In this document: positions 47,501 to 62,500 of the stretch, piece after piece
Numbering within the stretch: position 1 is the stretch's first letter
Layout: each line of letters opens with the position of its first letter
NCBI GenBank assembly: GCA_951406725.2
Contig: OX597820.1
Coordinates: 114,886,001-114,950,000 of the forward strand
DNA length: 64,000 nucleotides
Reading direction: 5' to 3'
Source of the DNA: Octopus vulgaris
Lineage: Eukaryota
Made by a program: the position numbers and the translations under genes
Notes under the pieces: model-generated
The model's input: the letters and a program-made list of their open reading frames with translations, nothing else
Databases searched by the model: none
What the model was told of the DNA's origin: nothing

Positions 47501-50500
47501 TAGTGTCCCACAAAATAGCAGGAAGTCCAGTGACATAAAACCAGTAATAAAAGACAGAAGAATTTTGAAAAATACAGACAACAGAAACAAGACAACTTAC
47601 TGTTAGAAGCTGCAAAACTTTTAGAGAGAAACTCCATAGCAGAATCCCTGATTTCCCACTGAGGATGACACAGACAATACTTAATGGCACTAGACACTTT
47701 GCTTGGTAAGTCTTTTACTGTGGAGTCAGTGATGTTATTGCCGGTGCCTTTGTCTGTTGAATCGATGGCATCTTTCATCTTCAGCACTGGCAGCATGTAT
47801 AACCAGAGACAATCAAAAGATTGACTGACAACCTATTGTAAAAACACATTGGTGTAATTCTTCAGATATATCTCAGACTCTCTTATGACATTTATATCAA
47901 TTATCTTGTGCTTGCATGGAAGGAATTATCTTTACAGTTGAATACCCTTGCTTCTGCTAATAACTCAACTGTGAAGTTGATGTCTAATTGTGTATCCAGA
48001 CACCCAAACTAGAATAAGAAAAGCTGTGTCTTTCACAAGACCTGTTGAGGCAAGTGAAATCGAAATCGATCAAAAATCAATGGAAATTGCAGTTGTGATA
48101 CCAGTGCTGGTGGCACGTAAAAAGAACCATCCGAACCTGGCCGTGGCCAGCGCCGCCTTGATTGGCCTCCGTGCTGGTGGCATGCAAAAAGCACCAACCG
48201 ATCGTGGCCATTGCCAGCCTCGCCTGGCACCTGTGCCAGTGGCACGTAAAAAGCACCCACTACACTCTTGGAGTGGTTGGCGTTAGGAAGGGCATCCAGC
48301 TGTAGAAACATTGCCAGATCAGACTGGGCCTGGTGCAGCCTCCTGGCTTCCCAGACCCCGGTCGAACCATCCAACCCATGCTAGCATGGAGAGCGGACGT
48401 TAAACGATGATGATTGACAATAATATTAGGTTCAGTATGTTAATCTTACAGCAATCGTATCTCCATGGATATCATACCTTAGATTTCCTCTTCTCACTAC
48501 CTCTATTGAGTCTTACTTTTAAATACTAAACTTTCCTTAAGACAAGAGCCTACACAAGATGAAGCTGAACATTTATCTCACTAGCCTGTACCACCTCATC
48601 AGACTAAAGAACAAGTGTAGAGCTGCAGTAACTCTCCCCAAAAGTTGAGTCTAGACAAAAGAGTTAGCTAACAGTACTTACGATCAATTAGCTAACAATA
48701 CTCACCCACTTTGGAGCATAGTAAATGGGTGACCTTGTGTTTAGGTTAGAAATCATTATTTTTGGCTCTACAATGGCAAGTATCATAAAGCAAGAAGAAA
48801 AAGACTCCTGTTGTGTCAAATCTGAACCAGTTTTGATTTCTGGTTGAAAGTAGCTCTTGAGAAAGATAGCAGCATCAATTAATCTCATCTTCCTTGAGGT
48901 GTGTATGTGTGTGTGTTGTAAAATAACTATTATCCATATATTGGATAAGTTCTTGGCAGACTTTATAATTTGGCTGAGACTCTCACCTGAAGTCACTTAA
49001 TACATAACACTAATGCTCTTTACATGAAAAAAATCCCTCTCCATCTTTCTTCCAACATAAGAAAAGTTACAAGAATTTATTTTGATCAGGGACCCATCTT
49101 GGCCTGAACAGTCAACTTTTGTAGAAAAGAGGAATCATCATCTCTAATATATTACTGATACTTCGATACTTATTTTATTAATTCCAGGGGTATAAAAAGC
49201 AAAGCGGATTCTAGCAGGATTTAAACTCATAGGTAGAGAGACTAATCTAAAGCTATCTTTTCCCATTTCTAACAGCTAAATGTTCCAAGAAATGCTATAA
49301 AATTCATTTCTGATATAAGCAGGAGAGTTTCAATTAAATTTGCTCCAATATTTATTTTAGTGAATTTCTTGAAATATCCAGAACAAAATTGACTGCATAG
49401 GAATTGAACTCAGAAAGAAAGAGATGTAATTAATTACCACAAGCCATTAAGTTAGATGCTCTATCATCCACTGCACTCAAAGAAATTCTACTATCTATAA
49501 CACTCAAAGAAATGCCATAGAGGTTTATTTTCAATGAAACACCAAGAATGAAGCTGAGTCAGCACCACTCACCAAAAGATTCTGGCCAATTTCTTGCACA
49601 ATGTTCACTAAAATATTGATCAACATAACTTGGCAGTCTTGACTGATAAGAAATTCTGATTTGTTGCCTGCAAATAGAACACATACAAGGGAATAAGTAA
49701 TACAACAGAGCATGGCAGGCAGATGTGAGGATATACAGGGTGGGGCAGAGAGGATGGGCGTTTTTGAAAAATTTACAAAATTATTTATTTTAGCTGCAAA
49801 CAAATTTTATTGACATCAATGTGTTCATATTGAATTAGCATTTGTCAAAATCAAGTGTGGAAAACAACATCCATCATGTGGTGTCTGTTTCCATTGATGC
49901 ATTTCTGAAGGCGTTCTTGGAAGTTGGCCTCTCTCCAGCATTGCTCTGTCAATTTGGGTGACTTCCATGCAAATAGCTTCCTTCAAATTGTCCAATGTAC
50001 AGGGCTTATGCACATAGACATGTGCCTTAAGGTTTCCACACAAGAAATAATCACACATGGACAAATCAGGGGACTGAGGGGGTAAGAAATATCAGCAAAC
50101 CTGGAAATGAGGTGGTCACAGAAGAGAGGGCAAAGAACATCCATTGATGCTCTGGCTGTCGCCCTGTCCTACTGAAACCACACACATCGAATAGGCATGC
50201 GCTTTCATCATAATTCAGGCAGAAAGAAGTTGCTTATCATCTCGATGTAACACTCAGAGTTCACAGTAACAGCATTTCCATTATTGTCTTCAAATAAGTA
50301 AGGACCAATGATGGCAGCTTTTCTATTAGCACATCAGACCATCACTTTTAGGCTACGCAGTGGTCTTTCATGCAGTTCTCTTCAATTTTCAAGAGCCCAA
50401 CAGCGACAGTTCTGTTGATTCACTATGCCATTGAGATGAAAATGAGTTTCGTCAGTCATTAACAAAATGAAGTCATTTGCCTCAAAAACTGCTTCCATCT

Positions 50501-53500
50501 GATGTGTGAAGTTAAGCTGCTGTGCATAGTCCCATAGTTTTAACTATTGCCCAATCACCAATTTGTACAGGTGGAAATGCAGGTCTTCATGCAAAATATG
50601 CCTTACCAATGCCAAGTTCAGTGGAATGCCTCTGAGCAGAGCAATTTGGAACCCATATCAAAGCTTGCTTGATGCGTTCCACATTTTCTGGGGTCTGTAC
50701 CATTTGTGGCGCACCCACCAGTCTACTATTCATTAGTGTATCTTGTGTATGAAGTGCATTCACCCAACATAAGATTGTGTTATGGGTGGGAACTGCCTGA
50801 CTTTGGTGAATGTTGAAGTGGCACTGAAACTCATGCTGAACTGCTGTGACAGACTTGTTATTCTTTACATAACTGTCGTAGGCAAACGTGCAATGCTCTA
50901 TCGTCCACAACACCATTGCTTCACCTGAAAAAGAAAATGCTAAGAAACTACGGACTGAATGGTACCTGTTGGACATATGTCCCTCCCCCTGGCCATTTCA
51001 GAAACGTCCGTCCTCTCTGCCCCACTCAGTACAAAGAGAGATAAATAGAGAGATTAATAGATTAAATATATAACACAAAGATAGATCAAACATTGTTTTT
51101 ACATTGCCCATTCTTTACAGGAAATGGAAAGTGAGAAACTTCTAAAAATATTAAATGAAATGTAAAAAACACAAAATCATAATTTTGTTAAATAAATATG
51201 AACCCAAAATTGAAAGAATGATCAAGAATAAAAAAATCTTGATGCTTGGCATAGTAAAGACCAAAATACTAATTAGTAACTATACTTTTAGAGTACATAT
51301 ACATATATATGATGGGCTTCTTTCAGTTTCTGTCTACCAAATTTACTCACAAGGTTTTGGGGATCTTTTCGGTTTGAACGGCAGTTTTTTCTAGCGGTGT
51401 CATATAAAATTGTCACCCATAATTATGACCCTAGTATTGATCTATTGCATTTCAATCTGTTTTAGGGTTAGGGTTAGGGGTGGGGGGAAGGGTATCTTTT
51501 TTTCTTCACAAATGTAAATAAACCCAATCTGTTTCTTAAACAAGGGACATATTCATACGGCACAGAATGTTTTTCACCTCAATAGATGTCAGTGATTGGT
51601 TGATATTTTAGAAATTGAAGAAAAAAAAAACAACAAATATCTTACAAACTATAGAATTTTCTCAATAAAGCCAAGAGAAAAAGATGTTTTATAAACACAT
51701 TCTACCAGTATACAAAGTTTAAAATTTTTTAGTTACCTAGAAATTACGTTAAAAACTGCCGTTCAAACCGAAAAGATCCGGTTTTGGTTCACTCCAGGCT
51801 ACAGTAGAAGACATTTGCCTGAACCCAAAATCATATGGCTGGGTTGCAAGCTTCCTACCACACAGCCACACCTGTGCCTAGCCATACCTGTACTCCCAAC
51901 ACACAATGACTACTTTAAAGCTAGTTTCACTGTTAAAGCAAGGTTTTGTTAAGAATTCTCCCATTATATACAACTGTATTTTAGTTATCATCATAAATAT
52001 GGAAAATAGTACTTACATGCCAACTTTTGGAAGTAGTGCAGCATTTTAAGTAATAATTTGGTGGAATTGGAAATGACTTTGAAGAACTGGTAATATTCTG
52101 ATGTCTGCAAGGACTCTGTGTCAGTAGTCTTGTGAAAGAACTTCAAGAAACATGTTGTGGATAATTGGATTGTAGTTTTTATGATGTCTTTCTGAAAGAA
52201 AGATCACACGTAAATTACATACATAACAGTACATATCACATTATTTACATTATATATATACACACACAGATATATACATATATATATAAATACACACACA
52301 CACACACATATATATAAAGAGAGAGAGAGAATATATATTCCTGTATGTCTATGTGTATACAAAACTGTATAAAATGGATATTATCCCTTATCTAGTGGTC
52401 AGATATCTAGGGATAGACAAGTGGTTGGTGAGAGCAGAGCTGGGTGTATAAGTCATGTACAGGGATACAATCAGTAAGGTGAGGGTTGGCAATGAGTATA
52501 ACGAAGAATTCCAGGTAGAAGTAGGGATTCATTAAGGATTAGTCCTCAGCCTCTTCTTGTTCATCATAGTCCTCCAGGCAATAACAGAGGAACTCAAGAC
52601 AGGTTGCCCTTGGGAGCTCCTCTATGCTGACGACCTTGTTCTTATAGCTGAATCACTACCAGAACTAAGAGAAGTAGTTTCAGGTGTGAAAGAAAGATCT
52701 AGAATCGAAGGCTAATACAAGTATAATTTTCATATTCGTAAACTCACGCCAGTAAGCTACCAGCAAAATATGAAGAATCTTTATTAGAAATCGTTTTTCG
52801 GAACCCCCCTATTTAAAGGACGAAATGTAACTCAATGTTTTCAGACACACACACACACACACATATATATGTGTATTTGTGAGTAGGTGGATGACTGGAT
52901 TTAGTTAGGTAAGAAGACAGACAGCTAATAAACACGAGTATCATTTGCCACATCTTAGTTCATCAAAAATTAGGTAGTTATTACAAAAAATACAAAGAAA
53001 TTACATTATTCAAAACTATGACAATATATAAGTGAACAATGAAACAAATTTAATTGAAACAAAGTTAATTGGCAAATTCTTTTATTTGGATAGAAAAGTT
53101 AATGATTTAAAGTAAGTTTATCTACCTGAAGTAATTTAGGGTCCACAAGTCTCTCCAGGCACTCAATGGTATTACACAGGCGTGCCTCACATTCTGGTGG
53201 GTTGATGTCATTTAAAGATATTTGCTTGTTACAGCCAGTGGAGTTGGTGATATAATTAAAAAACTTCAATTTAGGTTGGTAGTATTTCTCCATCAATTCA
53301 GAAAACAATGCATCATCGGGATATGTAGATAGGAAACTACTATTAAAAAACATTAATTCCATTGTGTAAGAGGTATAATACAACTCTGCATGCTTTGAAT
53401 ATAACACAATATAAAACAATACACCTTACACAGTCAAATGTTGCACTGAGAACACCTACATAACTCAAAACAATCAATACAGATTCGGGTTAGAAAAACA

Positions 53501-56500
53501 CACATAAACTGTTAATAAAGTTTTAACCATTAAAGACTGGGCAAACAAAACTCATACCAAACATACTAACCTTTTCATTAGTTTCTCTACAAAGCTCCTC
53601 ACTCTGTCATCCTCTTCTTTGCTATCAATTTGATGAAATATTACCAGAACTTTCTCTATCTTCTCATTTTTAGAAATTCTTGATTAAAAATGAGACGCAT
53701 AAAAGGAAACATTAGCAAATTGGCAACCGATAGGCTGTAGAGTGGAAGAAGAGTAGCTGGCATGACATTATAGAGGGGCAACCAATGTAGAATTGTGGGA
53801 TAACAGGAGAGGCTACAAGTTACAGACATTATATGGGTAATGCAGAATTGTAGGATAACAGGAGAGGACATAAGTTATAGATATCAAAATTGCTGTCTTC
53901 TGTGTAAATGCTAAAATTAACAGACACATAAAACCCATGTTAACAGGAAAACAAACAAAACACAAAAGAATGTGAGCCAACAGCTGGTAAGATCACAGCT
54001 GAAACATCTCTGATTATAGATGTTTCATTAGTGATGACCTGTGAACTAAACCAGTGCTCGACGAACTTATTAATATCAGGCTTCATTAAAGAGATATTAG
54101 TAAAATTCTCCCGGCTTTATTTATGAGAACTCAAAATTAGAGTCTATCGCATTGTTATCATCATTATATGATAATTTTTCCTTTGAACAAGTTTAAAATA
54201 ATTTAATTTTATTAAGCATAGCAATTCGTCCAATCCTCATAACCCAACTCTCAGTAGTGGGTGGGGTGGGGGTGGGGGTCTGGCCCCACCCAATGAGAAA
54301 CACTGGGCTACAGATTTGAACCAGCCAGAAAACCTCCTATACAGTCAACTTATTACAAATAACATTCAAATCTCTCTCTAATCTTATAAACAAAAGAAAT
54401 AATGTAATCAAATATATGCTATGTTTAAGGAAAAGAAAAAAACAGACATGGTGGTCACTGTTGAATGCCTATGACCAGGGGTCTGCTGGATTAACTATGA
54501 CTTAGGGAGTATATAAAATAAAAACCCAACAAAACTTACTGATGATTAAGCAAAAGACAGAGGTATAAGTCTATTGCAACATCCCATGATTGCGATGTAG
54601 TTATCAGCTGATGAAGTTCTGAAAAGCTATCTTTATGGTTCACTGTCCAATTCCAAATATATTTGCAAGTACCTCCAGCATCCTTAAGGATATCAAATAA
54701 GAGTTCTTTGGAATGCTTGGATTTAGGATTGGAGCCATTGGGTGTGTTGTGGCAGATGACATCCCAGAAAGTGTCTAAGAGGTTATCTCGCATCTGAAGC
54801 ACCTCGGGTGAAACATCACTGATTTGGAAACTTTGCATCAGGAGCTGACTGAGGAATTTGCTGGCTTCTTTGGTGAGGAAGATGCTTGATTCTTTATAAA
54901 TCACATCCAAGGCTTTGTTTGGAACACCTGAAAAAATATAAAAAAGTAAAAATGGCTAAGATACTGAGAAGAAGCAAGTATTGATCTACCGGCTCGTAAG
55001 TTGAAAGTTGGAAACTAATGAAAATATTTTATTGTCTCTTTTTTTATATTTTATTAATATTTAACATTTAGTATATTTCTTTACTACCCACAAGGGGCTA
55101 AACATAGAGGGGACAAACAAGGACAGATAAAGGGATTAAGTCAATTACATCAACCTCAGTGTGTAACTGGTACTTAATTTATCGACCCCGAAAGGATGAA
55201 AGGCAAAGTTGACTTCGGTGGAATTTGAACCCAGAACGTAATGGCAGACGAAATATGGCTACGCATTTCGCCCGGCGTGCTAACGATTCTGCCAGCTCAC
55301 CACCTAATTTAACATTTAGTATGGCACAACACTGCCTCCACTGGTTAGGACACATCATACATATGCCTAAAACGTGCCTCCCCCATCAACTCCTCTTTGT
55401 GGAGGTGGCTTCAGGCACTGAACCATGCAGAGCCTCCAAATTCCATTTCTGAGACCAATTCAAGGACACTCTCCTCCACAGCTCCATTGACCCAAATATC
55501 TGGGAAACAATTACCAAGAACCGCCAACACTGTTGGCATGCCATCGTTAAGGGAATGGACCAGATGGAAAATAACAGACATCAAGCCGTAGAGATCAGAT
55601 GTCAAAGACACAGAGAGCGGCTCACACTTTCTCATCCCTGGATTGCTAAAAAGTGTATCAGTGAGTATCGACATACAGTGTGTACGGATGGATAATGGTA
55701 TGCTTGCACTTAGTGATGTGGACAAGAAAGAGGCATGGTAAAGTTACTCTGCAAGACTGTTGAATATAGAGAATGAATGGGATAAAGGGATTCTCCCTCA
55801 TGTGAACCCAACAGAGAGGCCAGCTATCCTGGTGAACAGCAGTATGGTAGATGAGGCAATTAAAGACATGCAAACTGGGAAAGCCCCTGGTCCATCCGGA
55901 ATCATGGCTGAGATGCTCAAAATATACAGTAAGGTGGGATACTGGCTATTTACCTGCACAGTTAATCAGGTCATTCAGAAAGATGTAATACCAGTGACTG
56001 GTGCAGCAGCATTATTGTTAGCTGTTACAAGGATAACGATGATGCTTTAGACAGAAGCAATTATAAAGGCATCAAACTCCTGGACCAGATGATGAAAATT
56101 ACAGAGAGAAATATAGACCAATTAATTGGGCTAAATGAAATGAAGTTCAGTTTCATCCAGGAAGAAGCACTACTGATGCAAGAGAAGTATTTAGCTAAGA
56201 ATAAACCCTTATATTTGGCATTTATTAATCTAGAGAAAGCCTTTGATAGAGTAACCTGATATAGTGGGCTCTGAGGAGGCAAGGAGTAGACGAGTGGTTT
56301 GTGGAAGCAACACAAGCCATATACAGAGACACTCTCAGTAAGGTGAGAGTTAACCATGAGTACAGTGAAGAATTTGGTGTACAGGTAGGTGTTCATCAAG
56401 GCTCATTCCTCAGTTCCTTCCTTTCCATCATTGTCCTCCAGGCCATACACAGTGTAAGCTATGGATACACAAGAGATGTTGTGGATTAATAGGAAGGTTA

Positions 56501-59500
56501 TCAGAGAAAGTAGTGTTTGTATGTGGAAGATGTACAGGCTCCATAAAAACTAGAGACTTGGGAGATTGATTCTCTCAAATGCCCTGGTGGCTCATTAGAG
56601 GTAATAGATAATTTCTGCTACTTAGGGGATCAAATTAGTCGTAGAAGGAGGATGCACGGAGAGTGTGATAGCTAAAATAAGAATAGGATGAAGGAAAGCC
56701 AAAGAGTTGTTCCCTTTGTTGGCTATGAAAAGTTTCTCTCTCCAAGTGACAGGCAGGTTGTATGATGCATGGATATGAACAGTAATTCTACTTGGTAGTG
56801 AGACACAAGTCCTGAATGCAGAAGACATGCAAAGGTTAGAAAGGAATGAGGCTAGCATGCTCTGCTGGACGTGTAGTGTAAGTGTATAAGTTTGACAGAG
56901 TGCTAGTGTTTTGAGGGAGAAGTTAGGCATAAGAGGAATTAGATGCAGTGTGCAAGAGAGAAGACTGTGCTGGTTTGATCATGTGATGCAGATGGATACC
57001 AACAGCTCCATAAAGAAGTGCTGATCCCTCAAAGTAGATGGAACATGTTGAAGTGGGAGATCCAGGAACAGATGGGATGAAGTATTGAAGGACAACCTCG
57101 GGATAACAAACCTTTCAGGTGAGATGACAAAGGACAAGATGCCTGGCACCTTGCTGTACTCAAGAAGACCTGTACTCCACAGCAGAAGTGTTAAGTGTGG
57201 TCCCCTTGGTAAAGAGAACAGGCCTGCAGGAGTCCTGCGTTGGTTCCATGTAAAAAGCACTCTTGTCAGTACCTGTAAAAGCACCCAGCACACATGGTAA
57301 AGTGGTTGGTGTTAGGAAGAGCATTCAGCCATAGAAACTATGCCAAACCACATTGGAGCTTGGTGCAGCTCTCCAGCTTGCCAGCTCTGGTCAAACTGTC
57401 CAACTCATGACAGCATAGACAACAGACATTATGATGATGATGTATAAAAATAACGTTCGGATTATAACTATTGGAGCTGCCAATCAGACAATCTCATCAT
57501 CATCATTGTTCGACCGTGGTCGAGACAATGGAGTTTACTATGTTACGCCAGACTTCACGGTCCATCATAGCATTACGGAGGTCCTGTTGCTGGATGCCTG
57601 TATCCCTGGAGATTACATCAGGGTAGGAGAGTGTGCGCCCTCTGGTATTGCGAGCAGATGGCTTCCAGAGGAGAAGAGGAGAAATTACCTTGTTTTCAGC
57701 TCTACAACAATGTCCAGCAAACTGGACTCTTTTACTTTTCACAAGAGATGATACAGGTGGTAGTTTCCCATATATTTGTACTTTGGAATCTACTGAAGGG
57801 AGAAATTTGCCTTAGACAAATATATCCAGGATACAACTGAAATATTTGAGGGGAGATTTGGGGACTGACAGTGGAGTTACTCATCACATAACTTGCTGAA
57901 GAAAATATTGGAATTACCATTTCTAAACATCACTATCATAGTTCTAACAAATTTTAACACCATACATAGTTATATTTACAGCACCTGTAGAAAAAGCGTA
58001 GGTAGAAACTCCATGAGATGTACCTAGTGTAAGCTATGAACACATAAGAGGTGCAGCAATATCAAAGAAAGGTTAACTGGGAAGATAGTTTTTGCATGTG
58101 GCAGATGCACAAGTGCAATAAACATGAAGATGTACAGAACACAGATTCTATCACATACCAGGGGGAAAAACTGGAAGTAGTTGATAGCTTCTGTTGCCTA
58201 GATGACCAAGCCAGTAGCAGGGTTGGATGCTCTGAGAGCATAGCAGCTAGAATAAGAATAGCCTGGGTAAAGTTCAGAGAGCTCCTACCTCTGCCAGTAA
58301 CAAAGGGCATCTCACTTAGAGTGAAAAGTAGACTGCATGATACCTGTGTGCAAATAGCCATGCTACATGGTAGTGAAACATGGGCTGTGACTGCTAAGGA
58401 CATGCATAGGCTTGAAAGAAATGAAACTGGATGTCAACATGCATACATGACAGGGTGTAAGCGCCCTGAGAGAATAGCTGAACATAAGAAGCATCAGATG
58501 TAGTGTGCAAGAGAGACGACTGCACTGGTATGTTGCGTACAGATGAGGAGAGCTGTACGAGGGAGTGTCACACACTAAAAGTGGAGGGAATCTGTGGAAG
58601 AGGTAGACCCAGAAAGACAAGGGATGAGGTGGTGAAGCATGACCATTAAATATTGGGCCTCACAGAGGCAATGAGAAGCGACTGAAACCTTTGGAGATAT
58701 GCTGTGCTTGAGAAGACCTGGTAAGCCAAGTTAAATCGTAGTCATGGCCGATAACTGTATTGCATAATGGACCCATTTAAAAGCAGCCGTCAATTGTTGG
58801 GCAATACGCCGTGCTTGTGAAGACCTGTTGAACCAAATGAAATTGTAGTCATGGCCAATGCCAGTGCCATCTGATTGGTACCCATGCCGGTGGCATGTAA
58901 AAAGCACCATTCAAGCGTGGCTGATGCCAGTACCACTTGACTGGCATGTAAAAAGCACCATCCGAGTGTGGCCAATGCCAGTGCCACCTGAGGCACGTAA
59001 AAAGAACCATTCAAGAGTGGCCTGACTGCCACCCATGCTGGTGGCACGTAAAATGCACCCACTACACTCTTGGAGTGGTTGGCGTTAGGAAGAGCATCCA
59101 GTTATTGAAACTTTGCCAAATCAGATTGGAGCTCGATGCAGCTTCCCAGCTTGCCAGTCCTCAGTCAAACCGTCCAACCCATAGACATTAAACAATGATG
59201 ATGATGATGAACACCATAGAGTTATATGAAACGGCAAACAATTATATGGAGCAGCATACAATATTATTACCACAGTTCATTACATAAAATCACATTTAAT
59301 ATTTACAACAGATTTACTGGATAAAGATAAATAACATTGAGGTAATAACTGCCAAAATCTATTTTCATCAAGTGCCGGTGGCACGTAAAATACACCAATC
59401 TGACCGTATGACAGGCACCCATGCCAACCCCCTTGCTTGCGAAGACATGTTGGGGCAAGCGAAATCGGAATCGAAATCGAATTGAACCAGCCAGGATCCC

Positions 59501-62500
59501 TGGTCTGGTGGTACGTAAAAAGCACTATCCGACTCGTGGCGTAAAAAGCACTATCCGACTCGTGGCCGATGCCAGCTCCGCCTCGTCTGGCTTCCGTGCC
59601 GGTGGCACATAAAATACACCAATCCGACCGTGGCCGTTGCCAGCCTCGCCTGGCACCTGTGCAGGTGGCACGTAAAAAGCACCCACTACACTCACGGAGT
59701 GGTTGGCGTTAGGAAGGGCATCCAGCTGTAGAAACACTGCCAGATAAGACTGGAGCCTGGTGCAGCCTTCTGGCTTCCCAGATCCCCGGTCGAACCGTCC
59801 AACCCATGCTAGCATGGAGAACGGACGTTAAACGATGATGATGATGATGATGATTATCTGACTGACATGGGAATCACTGGTTCTGAAACTCCTTGGTTCC
59901 TTTTAAAGCCAATATTCCTGTTACATAATTTTCTATAATAATGTAGACATTTACAACAAGTTTTTAACAAGATAAAATATCATGCAATGCTATTAAAGCA
60001 TAATTACCAAATAGTTCAGTAAATGAAAATATATTTAGTATTTAGTGCTTAATTTCCACAGTGAAGACAAAAACAGATTGTCCAAGGGGTGGACAGTTTG
60101 ACTTGGCTGGCACACTGGAAGGCTGCACCAGACTCCAGTCTGATTTGGTATGGTTTTCTATGGCTGGATGCCCTTTCTAATGCCAACCACTCCAAGACTG
60201 TAATGGGTGCTTTTACGTGCCGCCAGCATGGGTGCTATTTGTGTGACATCAGGATGCTTTTACGTACCACTGACAAGGGTGCCAATTTGCATGACACCGG
60301 TATTTGCTATGACCATGATTTTGCTCGACTTGACAGGTCTTCTTCTCAAGCACAACATAATGCCAAAGGTCTTGGTCATTGCCTCCATGAGACTGAGTAC
60401 TCAAAAGGAACTCAGCCACTTTGCCTCTGTAAGGCTGAACGTTCAAAAGATGTTCTCTATGTTCCACCAGCACGGGTGCACTTGGTTTGATGGGTCCTCT
60501 CAAGAACAGTACATCGCCAAAGGTCTCAGTCACTAGTCATTGCCTCTGTGAGGCTCAAAGTTTGAAGATCATGCTTCACTACCTCATCCCCTGTCTTCAA
60601 GAGTTTACCTCTACCACAGGTTCCCTCCACAGTTAGATCGGCACTTCTTTACACAGTTGTCCTTGTCCATATGCCTCACATGACCACACCAGCACAGTCA
60701 TCTCTCTTGCACCCCACATCTGATGCCTCTTATATCTAACTTTTCTCTCAAGATGCTTACATTCTGTTGAACATGCAGATTGACATTGCACATCCAGCAA
60801 AGCATACTAGCTTCATTTCTTTCAAGCCTACGCATGTCCTTGGCTGTCACATTTCACTGCCATGCAGCATAGCTGTACACACACAGGCATTAAACAATCT
60901 GCCTTTCTCTCTGAGAGAGAGGAATTTTGTGGCCAGCAGGGGTAGGAGCTCTCTGAACTTTGTCCAGCTTAATCTTATTCTCACAGCTATGCTTTCGGAG
61001 CATCACCTCTACTACTAACCTGGTCACCTAGATAATGGAAGTTATCTACTACCTCTAAATTTCCCCCCCATCCCCCGGCAGTTGATGGAGTCTATTTTGT
61101 GCACATTTTCAGCGTTTGCTGTACCTGTGCATCTTTCACATACAAAAGCTAATTTCTAAAAAATGCAAATCAATATGTATGTATGCATCTAACACCTGCC
61201 ATCGTGGAAAACAGACATTAAATGATGATGATGATATGTATGACATGTAGTTGTTTTTGGATTTATTCACATACATGCCGAAAACTATTTTCAACAATTT
61301 TTTGTTTATCAATGGTAAAACCCCCTTGTTTTGGCATCTGTGCCGGTGACATGTAAAAAGCACCAACCGATCGTGGCTGTTTGCCAGCCTCCTCTGGCCC
61401 CTGTGCTGGTGGCACGTAAAAAGCACCCACTACACTCACGGAGTGGTTGGCATTAGAAAGGGCATCCAGCTGTAGAAACACTGCCAAATCAAATTGGAGC
61501 CTGGTGCAGCCTCCTGGTTTCCCAGACCCTGGTCGAACTGTCCAACCCATACCAGCATGGAAAACGGACGTTAAATGATGATGATGATGATGATATTTCA
61601 GATTTCAGATCTGATGATTGGAGACTTGCTACATGTATGCAACTACAATCTGTACATAGTCAAGCTGATGGCAACTAAATAAGCAACCTCGTCCCCTTCT
61701 CACTAAGCCTGCTTAGTAATGAAGATGATTTTTAAGACTCTGTAAGATGTAAAAATCTGTGAAAGAACAGATGAACTCACAAAAGTGAATGGCCATCCAA
61801 TTGTGCATGGAAACACAAGAAGATATTTTTCCTGAACCCTTTGGTGTTTTGAAGTCTCTGGGGCTATGTTGCTCTTTTTTCTTTTCTTGTTATTAGTTTA
61901 ATGACTTCAAACTTTTAGAAAACAGAACTTGTGCCACACAAACATATTTCTCTACAAAATTTGATTCATTGGTACTTTTTGTGCTTCATTTCTTTTCTCC
62001 CTTTCTTTCCCAAGTGCAGGTGAAAACTAGAACCTTTTGAAATCATAAGTGGTTGACCTTTTTGTTATGGTGGTTGAGGTATCACAAGTGTCTGCAGCAA
62101 TTACATATCACAGTTTCCATAGTTTCTCGCTCGTGAGGGAACGCAGAAGATGCAGCATAGGCGGAAGCAGTCCTGATTCTCTAGCTGCCTGTGTAATCGT
62201 GTCCCTCATCAAGGTGGTGTTGGTGTCTGAGAGGTGGAACATGCATTGGTTTATGGCTTTGTCCTTATGAGAGTTTGCAATCATACTCAGTTGTGAACTG
62301 ACATCTCCCATAACCCACTTCTTGTCTCTCATTCTCCCTCATACTCTTGCAAGCTCTACCCACTTCCACTTCTGGTGCTTCTGCCCTCATCCACTTCTAC
62401 TCACCTCATACCTTTAAGGTCCACACAGACACATCATCACCATTTTATCTCTTCCCTGTTTCACCCTGATCACCACCACCCTCTCTTTAAAATTGTGGGC

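Noticed and set aside
51462-51480. (TTAGGG)3 telomere-like repeat
   Set aside because: Only three units, inside a MITE with TIRs and TSD; not a telomere or fusion scar.
54609-54630. CTGATGAAGTTCTGAAAAGC hammerhead-like motif
   Set aside because: It is antisense within a BRAT1 coding exon and stem II is only 2 bp; a chance match.
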